Shown: in pieces, positions 10,819 to 21,427 of the stretch
Position numbering within the stretch: the stretch's first letter is position 1
How the letters are laid out: each line of letters begins with the position of its first letter
Program-made: the position numbers and the translations under genes
The notes under the pieces: model-generated
Told to the model about the DNA's origin: nothing
Database searches by the model: none
What the model saw: only the letters and a program-made list of their open reading frames with translations
Origin: Sphingosinicella sp.
GTDB taxonomy: Bacteria > Pseudomonadota > Alphaproteobacteria > Sphingomonadales > Sphingomonadaceae
Length of the DNA: 64,000 bases
NCBI GenBank assembly: GCA_013816585.1
Contig: JACDEE010000004.1
Span: 3,017-67,016 of the forward strand
Direction: 5' to 3'

Positions 10819-10855
10819 ATTTCGAAACTCTTCTGGTGGATGGCGCTGCCTAGAC

Positions 10856-12262
10856 CTAGCCGACGAGGGCGGCAACCGCCCACACGATACCGACCATGAT
10901 CGGCACCCCGGCAAGGTCGAGCAGGAAGCCGGCCTTCAGCATGCGCGGAAGCGCGATGTGGCCGGTGGACCAGGCGATCGCGTTCGGACCCGTTCCCGAT
11001 GGAAGCATGAAACCCCAGCTCGCGGCAAAAGCGGCTGGGATCGCGAGCAGGATCGGATCGACGCCGGTGGCCAGGATCAGGCCGCCGACGACCGGGATGA
11101 TTCCGCTCGCCGTGGCGACGTTGGACGCGAATTCGGTGATCAGGATGACGATCGCCACCAGCACCAGGGCGATGATGATTGCCGGCACCATCGCCAGCGG
11201 CCGAAGCACCGTGCCCAGCCACGAGGCGAGGCCGGATTCGCCAATGCCTGCGGCCAGCGCGAGGCCGCCGCCGAACATCATGATCACCCCCCAGGGCGCT
11301 CGATTGGCCTCGTCCCAATTGAGGATGGCGCGGCCGGTCCCGTCGGGAATGATGAACAGCAGCAAGGCGCCGAGGATCGCGACCGATCCATCGGTCAAGG
11401 CATCGGGCGCGAGGTAAGGCGAAATGAGCGGCACGGCCATCCAGGCCAGCACCACTGCCAGGACGAGCGGGACCAGCCGCTTCTCGCCGACGCTCCACGG
11501 AGAGGCCTCACCGATCCCGGCGCGCGCGGCCTCGGCATCGAAATCCGCGGGGCGGACCTTCTGCACCTTGAGCAGAATCCACCAGGCGAGCGGGATCGAC
11601 ACCAAAACGACGGGCAATCCGTATATCGCCCAGGTCAGGAAATTGATGTGGAGGCCCGTGCTTCGTTCGATGATCCCGGCGGCGATGGCGTTGGTAGGCG
11701 ATCCGACAAGCGTGCCAAGCCCGCCGATCGAAGCGGCAAAGGCGATCCCCATGGCGAGCGCGCCCGGGAATCCGTCCGTATCGCCTTCCTTGATCTGGGC
11801 GGCGCGAAGGACAGCCACGGCGATCGGCATCATGATCAGGCTGGTCGCGGTATTGGATACGATCAGGCTTAATATCGCGGTGGCCGCCATGAAGGCGAAC
11901 AGCAAGGCCGCGGGAGTCTTCCCGCCTTTGCTGACAATCGCCAGCGCGAGCCGCCGGTGGAGCCCGGTTCGCTCGATCGCCAGCGCTATGATCGCGCCGC
12001 CCAGCACCAGGAACAGGATCGGCGAATAATAAGAAGCGGCGCTTTCATTGGCGCTCATGATGCCAAACATCGGAAAGGCCAAAAAAGGGAGCAAGGCGGT
12101 AGCCGTGAGCGGCAACGCCTGCGTCATCCACCAGGTCGCCATGAGCAGAACCAGCGCGGTGGTTCGCCAGGCATCGACCGGCATCCCTTCCGGCGCGGGC
12201 AAGGCCAGCAGGATCGCGAACAGGGCAAGGCCGCCCCAGAGACCAAGACGGGCGGCGGTCAT
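10856..12262 (-). CDS. DASS/SLC13-family anion (sulfate/di-tricarboxylate) symporter
   Basis: About 468 aa, polytopic, with the N-terminal WWMTQALPLTATALLP motif typical of DASS transporters. Start taken at MTAARLG (ATG 12262), an ATGA overlap with the GST stop. Confidence 0.8.
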   Translation of the reverse strand: MTAARLGLWGGLALFAILLALPAPEGMPVDAWRTTALVLLMATWWMTQALPLTATALLPFLAFPMFGIMSANESAASYYSPILFLVLGGAIIALAIERTGLHRRLALAIVSKGGKTPAALLFAFMAATAILSLIVSNTATSLIMMPIAVAVLRAAQIKEGDTDGFPGALAMGIAFAASIGGLGTLVGSPTNAIAAGIIERSTGLHINFLTWAIYGLPVVLVSIPLAWWILLKVQKVRPADFDAEAARAGIGEASPWSVGEKRLVPLVLAVVLAWMAVPLISPYLAPDALTDGSVAILGALLLFIIPDGTGRAILNWDEANRAPWGVIMMFGGGLALAAGIGESGLASWLGTVLRPLAMVPAIIIALVLVAIVILITEFASNVATASGIIPVVGGLILATGVDPILLAIPAAFAASWGFMLPSGTGPNAIAWSTGHIALPRMLKAGFLLDLAGVPIMVGIVWAVAALVG

Positions 12263-12888
12263 GCGGCGAAATTTCGTTCGAGAACCGCGGCGATGGCGGG
12301 AAGCGCGTCCGCCCGAAGCGCGATCGCGTGAAGCTTTGGACAATGTTCGGCTATCCAGGGTCGGCGCGGGCGCCAGTGCGACATTGCGGCGACGTAGAGA
12401 TCCAGCGCGGAAGGCGTATCGCCCAGCACGAATGGCCCCTTGCCCGTCTGCTGTTCGAATTGCTTCCAGAGCGACCGGCGGAATGTATCCACATTATCGG
12501 TCAATTGGCGCGTGGCGTCCGGCGCCCATCGCTCCGGATAATCGCGATAGGTGAAAGTCGGATAGAGCGCGGAGACGAACCAGACCAGCCGGTCGAGAAA
12601 GGCCGGGCGCAACGGATCGCCCGCCAGCGGCGCGAGCCCCGAATCCGGGTTGAGTTCGGCCAGATGGAGGACGATCGCAGCGCTCTCGGTCAGGATTTCG
12701 CCGTCGGGCGCGATCAGCGTCGGCACGCGGCCCAGCGGATTTACCGCCAGCAGCCTGTCGCGCGCCGGGCCGGGCGCGTCGAAACCCTCGACGTCGATGA
12801 ATTCGAAGGGGGTGCCAGTCCAGGCCAGCGCTCCTTCAGCCAGCACCGATCCCCAGCCGCGCACGCCGAAAAGCCGCGTATCGTTCAT
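12259..12888 (-). CDS. glutathione S-transferase family protein
   Basis: GST N-terminal fold motif (NPLGRVPTL...ESAAIVLHL). Start taken at MNDTRLF, preceded by a GGGGGAA RBS. Confidence 0.8.
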   Translation of the reverse strand: MNDTRLFGVRGWGSVLAEGALAWTGTPFEFIDVEGFDAPGPARDRLLAVNPLGRVPTLIAPDGEILTESAAIVLHLAELNPDSGLAPLAGDPLRPAFLDRLVWFVSALYPTFTYRDYPERWAPDATRQLTDNVDTFRRSLWKQFEQQTGKGPFVLGDTPSALDLYVAAMSHWRPRRPWIAEHCPKLHAIALRADALPAIAAVLERNFAA

Positions 12889-12970
12889 CCATTCCCCCAG
12901 TTTTTTGACAATGATGCCAGAGGCCGGGCCGGGCCGCCAGCCCACCCGATCCGCTACACCCTCGCCGGAT

Positions 12971-13726
12971 CTAATCCGGGAGCGCGATCAGCGAAAATTG
13001 CCGCCCATAATCGGGCTCGCCCAAATGGGTGGCGCGGCGAAAGCTGAAGAAGCGGTCCAGGTTAGAATAAGTGTCGAGGCCAAGGGCTTCGATCCGTGTC
13101 AGGCCGGCGGCGGCGAGACGCGCGAGGGCATAGCCTTCGAGGTCGAATTGGTAATGATCCGGCCGGCCGCCCGAAAAGAAGCGCTCATTGGCTTCATCGG
13201 CCTCGGCGAAACGGAGAAAGAAGGCTTCGTCCACTTCATAGGATTTGCGGGCAATGGCCGGGCCCACTGCCGCCTGAATATTCTCGCGGTGCGCTCCCAG
13301 CTTCTCCATCGCCTCGACCGTCGCCTCGATCACGCCGCCAAGGGCGCCCTTCCAACCGGCATGCGCCGCGCCGATCACTCCGGCCGCTTCATCGGCGAAC
13401 AGGATCGGGACGCAGTCGGCGGTGAGGATTCCCAGCGCCAGGCCTGGACGATCGGTGACCAGCGCGTCGGCATGGGGCCGTGCATCGTCCAGTGGCGCGG
13501 TCACCGGTACAACCGACGCAGAATGGACCTGATAGACGGTGACGAGCTGTGCGCTGGGGGCCACGGCCTCGACCGCGAGCCGGCGATTTTCATGGATCGC
13601 AACGGGATCGTCGCCGGAGCCCAGGCCCACGTTCAGCCCCCAGCAAAGGCCCTGCGACACGCCGCCGCGACGACCAAGGAAGCCGTGGGGAACGGGGAGC
13701 GCGGCCTTGTTTACTTCAACCTTCAT
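12971..13726 (-). CDS. pgeF: peptidoglycan editing factor PgeF / YfiH (DUF152) family
   Basis: 251 aa with a HGF..R.GG.S N-terminus and the conserved ADC.P and HAGW.G motifs. Confidence 0.85.
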   Translation of the reverse strand: MKVEVNKAALPVPHGFLGRRGGVSQGLCWGLNVGLGSGDDPVAIHENRRLAVEAVAPSAQLVTVYQVHSASVVPVTAPLDDARPHADALVTDRPGLALGILTADCVPILFADEAAGVIGAAHAGWKGALGGVIEATVEAMEKLGAHRENIQAAVGPAIARKSYEVDEAFFLRFAEADEANERFFSGGRPDHYQFDLEGYALARLAAAGLTRIEALGLDTYSNLDRFFSFRRATHLGEPDYGRQFSLIALPD

Positions 13727-13735
13727 TGCCGTCCT

Positions 13736-14713
13736 TCATGAAAAACCAGCAGGTTCGGGCCATCGTTCAGCCGTGAGCGCCAGGACCTTGAACAAGGTCC
13801 CCATTTGGTCGGGGGCCACCAGTCGATCCTTGGCCATCCGGATTTCGTCGGCGCGTTCGGGCGTCGTTTTGGCGAGCAAGGCGGCGCGAACCTCGATCCC
13901 CATTTCCCGCAACCATTCGCCCTGGTTCATGGGTCCGGTCACCCTGGCCCCCTCCCGGTCCGCGGCCCGGCAAAGTGCCTGGAAATCGACATGGGCGGTA
14001 AGATCATGCTCACCTGGATTTTCCCATGGATCGGCAAAACCGTGGCCTTTCACCGCCTGCAGCGTATCTCCGGCGCCGCTCCGTTCGTGGCCATAATCCA
14101 CGACCAGCATGGCGCCGCCCTGAACGGCAAGGCGCCTCGCCAGATCGCGGATTATCGCGATCGAGGCCGGCGAAGTTTCAACGATCGTGCCTGGCTCCGC
14201 GGCAGCCAGCGGCGCCGGAATAAGCGGGCCCGCCACCGGCGAAAACCGCCCGTCCTGAAAGTTCACCAGGGTTTCATGCCAGCCGGTTTCGCTCGCGACC
14301 AGTTGCCGAACCGGGAGTGCGTCGAAAAATTCGTTGGCGACGATCAGCAGCGGCGCGTCTTCGGGAAGGGTCGACACGTCCCCATGCCAACGCGCGTTTG
14401 GAACGCGCCCCCGCTGCGCCTCGCGCAGCATCGGGCTGGTTTCGACCAGATGGACGCTGGGCTGCAATCTGGCCGACCGCATCGATCGAAGCGCGTCCGC
14501 CGCAAGGGTGCCGCGCCCCGGGCCAAGTTCAACGAAACAGGCATTGGCCGGCTCACCCGCGCGCTGCCACAGATCCGCCAGCCACAAGCCGACCAGCTCC
14601 CCGAACATCTGGCTGATCTCTGGAGCGGTGGTGAAGTCCCCCGCGCTACCCAAGGGGTCGCGCGTGCCGTAATAATGCGCGTTCGCACGCGCCATATATT
14701 CGGCGACCGACAT
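13736..14713 (-). CDS. class I SAM-dependent methyltransferase, MidA/NDUFAF7-like (DUF185)
   Basis: 325 aa with the DFTTAPEISQMFGELVG and ELGPGRGTL motifs characteristic of the family. Confidence 0.8.
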   Translation of the reverse strand: MSVAEYMARANAHYYGTRDPLGSAGDFTTAPEISQMFGELVGLWLADLWQRAGEPANACFVELGPGRGTLAADALRSMRSARLQPSVHLVETSPMLREAQRGRVPNARWHGDVSTLPEDAPLLIVANEFFDALPVRQLVASETGWHETLVNFQDGRFSPVAGPLIPAPLAAAEPGTIVETSPASIAIIRDLARRLAVQGGAMLVVDYGHERSGAGDTLQAVKGHGFADPWENPGEHDLTAHVDFQALCRAADREGARVTGPMNQGEWLREMGIEVRAALLAKTTPERADEIRMAKDRLVAPDQMGTLFKVLALTAERWPEPAGFS

Positions 14714-14784
14714 CGGGCCGCCATCCTCGATCAGGCGCGCCAGCCTTTTGGCGAGACCGGCAGGTTCAGGAGATACTGGGGGGA

Positions 14785-15660
14785 TCAGGCGACGCTTTCA
14801 TTGCCGGCGAACGGCTCGACCCTTTGCTGTCGTCCCTTGGCGGTGGCGATAAGGTACAGGCCGCCCAGGATCATCGGCACGGTCAGGGTCTGGCCCATGC
14901 TGAGACCCCAGGAAAGATTTTCGAGGCCCCGGTCCGGCTGGCGCACCAATTCGACCAGAAAGCGGGAAATTCCGTAGCCCAGGATGAAGGTTCCGACGAG
15001 CTTGCCCGGCTGATAACGGGCATCCGTCTTCCAGAACATGAGCCAGAGCAGGAGGCCAAGCAGGAGGCCCTCCAGCCCCGCCTCGTAAAGCTGGCTCGGA
15101 TGACGCGGGAGTTCGCCCGCGCCGGGGAAGATCATCCCCCATGGCGCGTCGGTCGGACGGCCCCACAATTCGCCATTCACGAAATTGGCGATTCGGCCGA
15201 AAAAGAGCCCGAAGGGAACGCAGCAGGCGACATAATCGTGGACTCGAAGCCATTGGAGGCCTTGTTTCCAGGACATATAAAGGATGCCGATCGAGACGCC
15301 GATCACGCCGCCGTGGAAGGACATTCCCCCGTCCCAGAGCCGGATGATGGAGCCCGGATTCTCCAGGTAGAATTCGGGGCGATAGAAAAGGACATAGCCC
15401 AGCCTTCCGCCGATCAGGACCCCCAAGGTGGCGTAAAAAACCAGATCGTCTGCATGCCGGCGCGCAAGCGGCGCTCCGGGCCGGGCCAGCAGTTTCAACA
15501 GATACCACCAGCCGACCGCGATCCCCGCGAGATAGGCCAGCGAGTACCAGCGAAGCTGAAAGAATCCGAGGTCCAGAGCGATCGGATCGAGGCCCAGACT
15601 GCCCCATCGTAGCGCGGACGTAGCGTCAAATGCGGCGGCGGTAAAAACTGGTATCGACAA
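14785..15660 (-). CDS. lgt: prolipoprotein diacylglyceryl transferase
   Basis: Lgt motifs ([37 protein letters not shown]). The family-typical length of about 290 aa implies the TTG start at 15660; the 355-aa ORF extension is probably not translated. Confidence 0.85.
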   Translation of the reverse strand: MSIPVFTAAAFDATSALRWGSLGLDPIALDLGFFQLRWYSLAYLAGIAVGWWYLLKLLARPGAPLARRHADDLVFYATLGVLIGGRLGYVLFYRPEFYLENPGSIIRLWDGGMSFHGGVIGVSIGILYMSWKQGLQWLRVHDYVACCVPFGLFFGRIANFVNGELWGRPTDAPWGMIFPGAGELPRHPSQLYEAGLEGLLLGLLLWLMFWKTDARYQPGKLVGTFILGYGISRFLVELVRQPDRGLENLSWGLSMGQTLTVPMILGGLYLIATAKGRQQRVEPFAGNESVA

Positions 15661-15730
15661 GGCTTCCCCCTGAGACTTTGCGCCCTCATAGTGACCGGCA
15701 AAACAAACGGGAAGAGCGAAGGAGAGACGA

Positions 15731-17419
15731 ATGCCGAGCGAGCTCGACCGCAAGTTCGATGCTGTGCTGGAAAAGGTGACCGGGCCCGGGGGGAAGATCC
15801 AGTTCAGCCGGGATTCCGAAGGCCGGGCGATCGTCGCCAATCTGCCGCCCACCCTCCCCGGATTGTTCGACGCTTTTTGCGCGCTTCATGGCAGTAAGGA
15901 AGCGCTGGTCGCGGATGGGGAAAGGCTGAGCTTCGAGGAATTGAACGCGCAAGCCGACCGGGTCGCAAGAGCGCTGGTCGGCGGCTTCGGCATCGGCAAG
16001 GGAGACCGGGTCGCGATTGCCATGCGCAACGCGCCCGCCTGGATAATCACCTATATGGCGGTGCTGAAAGCAGGCGGGGTCGTCACATTGCTCAACGGTT
16101 GGTGGCAGACCGAAGAGCTTAACCACGCGCTGACGCTTACCGAACCGAAACTCGTCATTGCCGACGAACCCCGATCAAAACGGCTCGACGCGACCGGCCT
16201 CTGGCTTCCGACGGTAATTCTCCCGGTCGAAAAAAAGATCGGTGAAGCGCTGGCCCCGTTGTTCGAAAAGGGCGGCGAAGATTCGGTTCTTCCGGAACTA
16301 GGTGCGGAGGACGATGCCACTATCCTGTTCACCTCCGGATCGACGGGAGCGGCGAAGGGCGCGATATCGACCCATCGCGCGGTAACCAGCGGCGTCTACA
16401 CTTATTCGACGAGCCTGATCACGTTGCTCGGCATATTGGAAAGCGAGGGAAGGCCGCCCGCAAACCCGCCCAAGACCCTGGTCAATGTACCGCTTTTCCA
16501 CGTCACAGGCGAAGTCCCGGTGATGCTCAACAGCTTCGTCATCGGACGCGCCATGGTGCTGATGGCCAAATGGGATGCCGGCGAGGCGCTCCGCCTGATC
16601 GAGGAGGAGAAAGTCACTTATTTCGTGGGGGTTCCCACAATGAGCTACGAATTGATGCAACATCCCGACCGGGAGAAATATGATCTGTCGACGCTGACTG
16701 ACGTGGCGGCCGGCGGCGCCGCCCGCCCCGCAAGCCACGTACGGCGCCTGGAGCAGAGCTTTCCCAGCGCCCAGCCGGCGCTCGGCTATGGCCTCACCGA
16801 AACCAATGCGGTCGGATGCGGCAATTTCTGGTCCAATTATTCCGACAAGCCGACCTCTACCGGACGTCCGCAACGCCCGATGGCGGAATTGGCCATATTG
16901 GGGGCCAATGACATCCATCTTCCCGCCGGCGAAAGGGGCGAGATCGCGATCCGGTCCGCGGCCAATGTCCGCGGTTATTGGCGCGATCCCGAAGCCACGG
17001 CCGCCGCCTTCACTTCTGACGGATATTTCCGGAGCGGCGACATCGGCTATCTCGACGCAGACAATTATCTGTTCATCATCGACCGGAAGAAGGACATCAT
17101 CATCCGCGGCGGCGAGAATATCAGCTGCCAGGAGGTGGAAGCCGCCTGCTATTCGCATAGCTCCGTATCGGAAGCCTGCGTGTTCGGAATAGCCGACGAG
17201 CGATTGGGTGAGGTCCCGGTCGCGATCATCTATTGCGAAGAGGATGGGATGCTGAACGAAGAGGCCCTGCTCGCCTTCCTTCGCGAGCGGCTCGCCATGT
17301 TCAAGCTCCCGGCTTATGTCCGCTTTTTCGACGAGCCGCTGCCCAAGCTCGGCACCGGCAAGATCGACAAGGTAAGCTTGCGGACAAGCTATCGATCGGA
17401 AGTGGCGGAGGACGCCTGA
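15731..17419 (+). CDS. AMP-dependent acyl-CoA synthetase/ligase (class I adenylate-forming)
   Basis: 562 aa with the AMP-binding motif [16 protein letters not shown], and the C-terminal GKIDK lysine motif. Confidence 0.85.
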   Translation: MPSELDRKFDAVLEKVTGPGGKIQFSRDSEGRAIVANLPPTLPGLFDAFCALHGSKEALVADGERLSFEELNAQADRVARALVGGFGIGKGDRVAIAMRNAPAWIITYMAVLKAGGVVTLLNGWWQTEELNHALTLTEPKLVIADEPRSKRLDATGLWLPTVILPVEKKIGEALAPLFEKGGEDSVLPELGAEDDATILFTSGSTGAAKGAISTHRAVTSGVYTYSTSLITLLGILESEGRPPANPPKTLVNVPLFHVTGEVPVMLNSFVIGRAMVLMAKWDAGEALRLIEEEKVTYFVGVPTMSYELMQHPDREKYDLSTLTDVAAGGAARPASHVRRLEQSFPSAQPALGYGLTETNAVGCGNFWSNYSDKPTSTGRPQRPMAELAILGANDIHLPAGERGEIAIRSAANVRGYWRDPEATAAAFTSDGYFRSGDIGYLDADNYLFIIDRKKDIIIRGGENISCQEVEAACYSHSSVSEACVFGIADERLGEVPVAIIYCEEDGMLNEEALLAFLRERLAMFKLPAYVRFFDEPLPKLGTGKIDKVSLRTSYRSEVAEDA

Positions 17420-17437
17420 CGCCTCTATCAGGCGGTC

Positions 17438-19666
17438 ATGGCGACCCGCAGCAAAAGGATCGAAGTCAGCCGGCGAACCCTGCTGGTGGGCGGCGGAATA
17501 GGCGCCGGACTGCTGATCGCCTGGGGCGCCTGGCCGCGCAGCTACCAGCCCAATTTGCGCGCCGCGCCCGGCGAGACATTGTTCAACGCCTTCCTCAAGA
17601 TCGGCGTCGATGGCCGCGTGATCGTCGCGGTCCCGCAGGCCGAGATCGGCCAGGGAGTCTATACCAGCCTTCCGCAAATACTGGCTGATGAACTCGGCGC
17701 CGACTGGCGTACCGTCGCGGTCGAACCGGCGCCCCTCAATCCGCTCTACGCCAACCATTTGCTGGCGCAGGAATATGGCGCATTGGGAATGTTCGGCGGC
17801 ATAAGCGCGTGGGCGGCCCGCGAATATGCGACGCGCAATTCCTTGATGTTCACCGGCGGATCGACCTCCATTCGGGCGTTCGAACCGCGCATGCGCGAAG
17901 CGGGAGCCGCGGCGCGGACCCTGCTCATGCAGGCCGCTGCAAAGCGCTGGGACGTCGATTGGGAAGAGACGGATAGCGCCCAGGGCTTCGTCACCCATGA
18001 AGACAAGAAGTTGAGCTTTGCGGAGCTCGCCGCCGAGGCGGCCGAGTTCGATCTGCCGGAAAATCTTCCCGTCCGGGGCGGCGTCGACAACCGCCTGGTG
18101 GGCAAGCCCCTGCCGCGGATCGATTTGCCGGCAAAGGTGGACGGGTCCGCCCAGTTCGCGGCCGACGTCCGTCTTCAGAACATGGTCTATGCCTCGGTAC
18201 GGCAGGGTCCGCGCGGGGGGACCAGCCGCCTGGTCCGGGTCGACCGTGCCGCCGCCGATGCAATCCATGGCGTACTGGCAATATTCGAATTTCCAGACTG
18301 GTGCGGCGCGGCCGCGACCAATTGGTGGGCGGCCAATGAAGCCGTGCAGGCGATGAAGCCACGGTTCGAAACCAAAGGAGATCTGGCGAGCCATTCCGGA
18401 ATCGGTGCCGCGCTGAAAGCAGCGTTCGAAACCGACGATTCGAGCCGCCTGTTCGAACAGGGCGACGCGGATGCCTTGCTGGAGGGCGCTGGAGTGGTGA
18501 CCGCCGATTATGCGGTCGGCCTTGCCCCGGGCGCCCCGATGGAGCCGCTCACTGCGACTGCGCGCTTCACCGGCGACCGGCTGGAAATCTGGGCGCCCAC
18601 CCAGGCGCCGGGTTTCGCGCGCGCCGCCGCGGCACGGGCCGCGAACATTTCCGAAGCCCAAGTGATCGTCTATCCCATGCTGATCGGCAGCGGCTACGGC
18701 CGCAAGATCGAAACCAAGGCGATCGAGCAGGCTGCGATGATCGCGGGTCAGATCAAGCGGCCGGTCCAGCTTAGCTGGTCACGGGTCGAGGAGATGATGC
18801 AGGATCATTTCCGTCCCCCGGCGCTGGCGCGGCTTTCGGCACGGATGGCGCAGAACGGCACCATCCTTGGCTGGCGCTGCCGGATAGCCGCGCCCGCCAC
18901 TACCGCCCAGATGATCGGCAGGCTGGAAACAGGCAAAGCGGATCTGGGCGCCAGGAGGGATGAGGCAGCAGTCGCCGGCGCTGTTCCGCCTTATGCCATT
19001 CCATCAGTCGCGATCGACCATCTGCCCGTGGATATCGGCCTTGAAACAGGGATGTGGCGGTCCAGCGCGCACAGCTACACCGCCTTTTTCACCGAATGTT
19101 TCATCGACGAGTTGGCGCGCAAGGCCGGAATCGAGCCCTTGTCGTACCGGATGCAGATGCTCGGCGATAATCCGCGGCTCGCCCGGGCACTTTCTACCGC
19201 GGCGGCGCTTGGCGGCTGGGATGGCGGCGCGGCGGGAAGCGCGATGGGCATCGCTGCGCACAGCGCCTACGGATCGCATGTTGCGATTCTGGTGGAGATC
19301 GCGGTGGACGAAACGCAGCGTATCAAAGTGCTGCGCGCGGTTGCCGCGGTCGATTGTGGGCGGGTGATCAATCCGGAGATCGTCAGGCAATTGGTCGAAG
19401 GCGCCGTCGTTCACGGAATTTCCGGGGCGACGGGGCATCCGATCGAAATCGAGCGCGGCCTCCCGACGGGCCGCAATCTTGGTTCGCTGGGCCTGCCACG
19501 CCTGGCCGACACGCCGGAGATCATGGTCGAAATATTACCGAGCGAAGAGCATCCGGGCGGGGTCACCGAGCTTGGAGTCCCGCCCGTGGCGCCCGCCATC
19601 GCCAACGCCTTGTTCGCCCTGACCGGCCGGCGTCTCCGCACTCTGCCGCTGGGGAGCGAAACATGA
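17438..19666 (+). CDS. xanthine dehydrogenase-family molybdopterin-binding subunit (IorB/aldehyde oxidoreductase large subunit-like)
   Basis: 742 aa with a Tat-like N-terminus (SRRTLLVGGGIGAG). Family-like blocks include EIGQGVYTSL and a C-terminal GG.TELGVPPVAPAIANA. Confidence 0.85.
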   Translation: MATRSKRIEVSRRTLLVGGGIGAGLLIAWGAWPRSYQPNLRAAPGETLFNAFLKIGVDGRVIVAVPQAEIGQGVYTSLPQILADELGADWRTVAVEPAPLNPLYANHLLAQEYGALGMFGGISAWAAREYATRNSLMFTGGSTSIRAFEPRMREAGAAARTLLMQAAAKRWDVDWEETDSAQGFVTHEDKKLSFAELAAEAAEFDLPENLPVRGGVDNRLVGKPLPRIDLPAKVDGSAQFAADVRLQNMVYASVRQGPRGGTSRLVRVDRAAADAIHGVLAIFEFPDWCGAAATNWWAANEAVQAMKPRFETKGDLASHSGIGAALKAAFETDDSSRLFEQGDADALLEGAGVVTADYAVGLAPGAPMEPLTATARFTGDRLEIWAPTQAPGFARAAAARAANISEAQVIVYPMLIGSGYGRKIETKAIEQAAMIAGQIKRPVQLSWSRVEEMMQDHFRPPALARLSARMAQNGTILGWRCRIAAPATTAQMIGRLETGKADLGARRDEAAVAGAVPPYAIPSVAIDHLPVDIGLETGMWRSSAHSYTAFFTECFIDELARKAGIEPLSYRMQMLGDNPRLARALSTAAALGGWDGGAAGSAMGIAAHSAYGSHVAILVEIAVDETQRIKVLRAVAAVDCGRVINPEIVRQLVEGAVVHGISGATGHPIEIERGLPTGRNLGSLGLPRLADTPEIMVEILPSEEHPGGVTELGVPPVAPAIANALFALTGRRLRTLPLGSET

Positions 19667-20670
19667 TCCCTCCATCCAATCACCCACCGGTGACAAACCC
19701 CAAAATCGGCCTGCTGCTCGTCAATCTCGGCACGCCCGATCGGCCGGAGCCAGGAGCGATCCGGATCTACCTGAAGCAATTCCTGTCCGACCGCCGGGTG
19801 GTGGAGCTTCCGTGGCTGCTCTGGCAGCCGATCCTTCGGGGGATCGTGCTCACCACGAGGCCCAAAAAGTCCGCTCACGCCTATCGGCAGGTCTGGACCG
19901 GCGAGGGTTCGCCGCTGGCCGCGATCACCCGGCGCCAGGCCCAAGCCTTGGAAGGAGCGTTTGGCGAACAAGTGACCGTCGATCACGCGATGCGCTATGG
20001 AAAGCCTGCGATCGGCGAACGGATCGAGGCGCTGAAGGATATGGGTTGCGAGCGAATATTGATCGCGCCGCTCTACCCGCAATATTGCGCAGCAACGACT
20101 GCCACGGCGAACGACGAAGCCTTTGCCGCGCTTGCACGGATGCGATGGCAGCCGGCGCTGAGGACCTTGCCACCTTATCATGACGATCCGGTCTATATCG
20201 ATGCGCTGAAAGCGAGCGTGGAAGAGGGCGTGGCGGCGCTGGATTTCAAGCCGGATGCGATCCTCGCCAGCTTCCACGGCATGCCGGAACGGACGCTGCA
20301 TTTGGGCGATCCCTATCATTGCCATTGCCGCAAGACGGCGCGTCTTCTGGGCGAAGCGATGGGGCGTGAATTGCTGGTCAGCTTCCAGTCGCGCTTCGGC
20401 AAGGCCAAATGGCTCGAGCCCGCGACCGCCGACACGCTTGCAGCATTGCCGCAGCAAGGAACCCGTAAAATCGCCGTGGTCGCGCCCGGATTTTCCGCCG
20501 ATTGCCTAGAGACTTTGGAGGAGCTGGCGATCAGCGGCCGCAAGATTTTTCTCGAAGGCGGCGGTACCCATTTCGCCTATCTGCCCTGCCTCAACGACAG
20601 CCCCCAGGGCATAAAAATGCTGCGCAGCATTTTAGGACGCGAGCTTGAAGGTTGGGTTACCCCGCCATAA
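19663..20670 (+). CDS. hemH: ferrochelatase
   Basis: N-terminus MIPPSNHPP..IGLLLVNLGTPD and the LYPQY motif. ATG 19663 overlaps the upstream TGA (ATGA). Confidence 0.9.
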   Translation: MIPPSNHPPVTNPKIGLLLVNLGTPDRPEPGAIRIYLKQFLSDRRVVELPWLLWQPILRGIVLTTRPKKSAHAYRQVWTGEGSPLAAITRRQAQALEGAFGEQVTVDHAMRYGKPAIGERIEALKDMGCERILIAPLYPQYCAATTATANDEAFAALARMRWQPALRTLPPYHDDPVYIDALKASVEEGVAALDFKPDAILASFHGMPERTLHLGDPYHCHCRKTARLLGEAMGRELLVSFQSRFGKAKWLEPATADTLAALPQQGTRKIAVVAPGFSADCLETLEELAISGRKIFLEGGGTHFAYLPCLNDSPQGIKMLRSILGRELEGWVTPP

Positions 20671-20704
20671 GAGCGAGGGATAAATAAAAAGGCAGGAGAC
20701 AGGA

Positions 20705-21427
20705 ATGGCACGCGTTGCGATCGTTACCGGGGGAACCCGCGGCATCGGCGAGGCGATCAGCCTCGCGCTTCAGGAAAAGGGAATGACGGTCGCCGCAATC
20801 TATGCCGGCAATGACGAGAAAGCGCGCGCTTTCACCGATCGCACCGGGATCAAATCCTACAGATGGGACGTGTCCGATTTCGACGCGTGCCTCGCGGGCG
20901 CCGCCCAGGTCGAAAGCGAGATCGGGCCGGTCGACGTCCTGGTGAACAATGCGGGCGTCACGCGCGACGGAACGATGAAGCGGATGAGCCGCGACATGTG
21001 GGACGACGTGATCGACATCAATCTGGGCGGTTGCTTCAACATGGCCAAGGCGCTGTGGAATGGAATGACCGACCGCAAATTCGGCCGGATCGTCAATATC
21101 GGGTCGATCAACGGCCAGGCCGGCCAATATGGCCAGGTCAATTATGCCGCCGCCAAATCCGGGATCCACGGTTTCACCAAGGCGCTGGCGCAGGAAGGCG
21201 CCCGGGCCGGAATCACCGTCAACGCGATCGCACCGGGATATATCGATACGGAAATGGTCGCCGCGGTTCCCGAGGATGTTCTCGCCAAGATCGTGGCGCG
21301 CGTGCCGGTCGGAAGGCTCGGCAAAGCGGAAGAGATTGCGCGCGGAGTGGCCTTCCTGGTCGCCGACGATGCCGGTTTCGTCACTGGATCGACCTTGTCG
21401 ATCAATGGCGGCCAGCACATGTATTGA
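20705..21427 (+). CDS. phbB: acetoacetyl-CoA reductase (SDR)
   Basis: 240 aa with TGGTRGIG, NNAG and YAAAK catalytic motifs. Close resemblance to PhaB/PhbB along its full length. Confidence 0.85.
   Translation: MARVAIVTGGTRGIGEAISLALQEKGMTVAAIYAGNDEKARAFTDRTGIKSYRWDVSDFDACLAGAAQVESEIGPVDVLVNNAGVTRDGTMKRMSRDMWDDVIDINLGGCFNMAKALWNGMTDRKFGRIVNIGSINGQAGQYGQVNYAAAKSGIHGFTKALAQEGARAGITVNAIAPGYIDTEMVAAVPEDVLAKIVARVPVGRLGKAEEIARGVAFLVADDAGFVTGSTLSINGGQHMY

Noticed and set aside
16298-18661. 787-aa ORF antisense to the acyl-CoA synthetase and IorB-like genes
   Set aside because: Same shadow-ORF composition. The sense-strand proteins carry clear family motifs.
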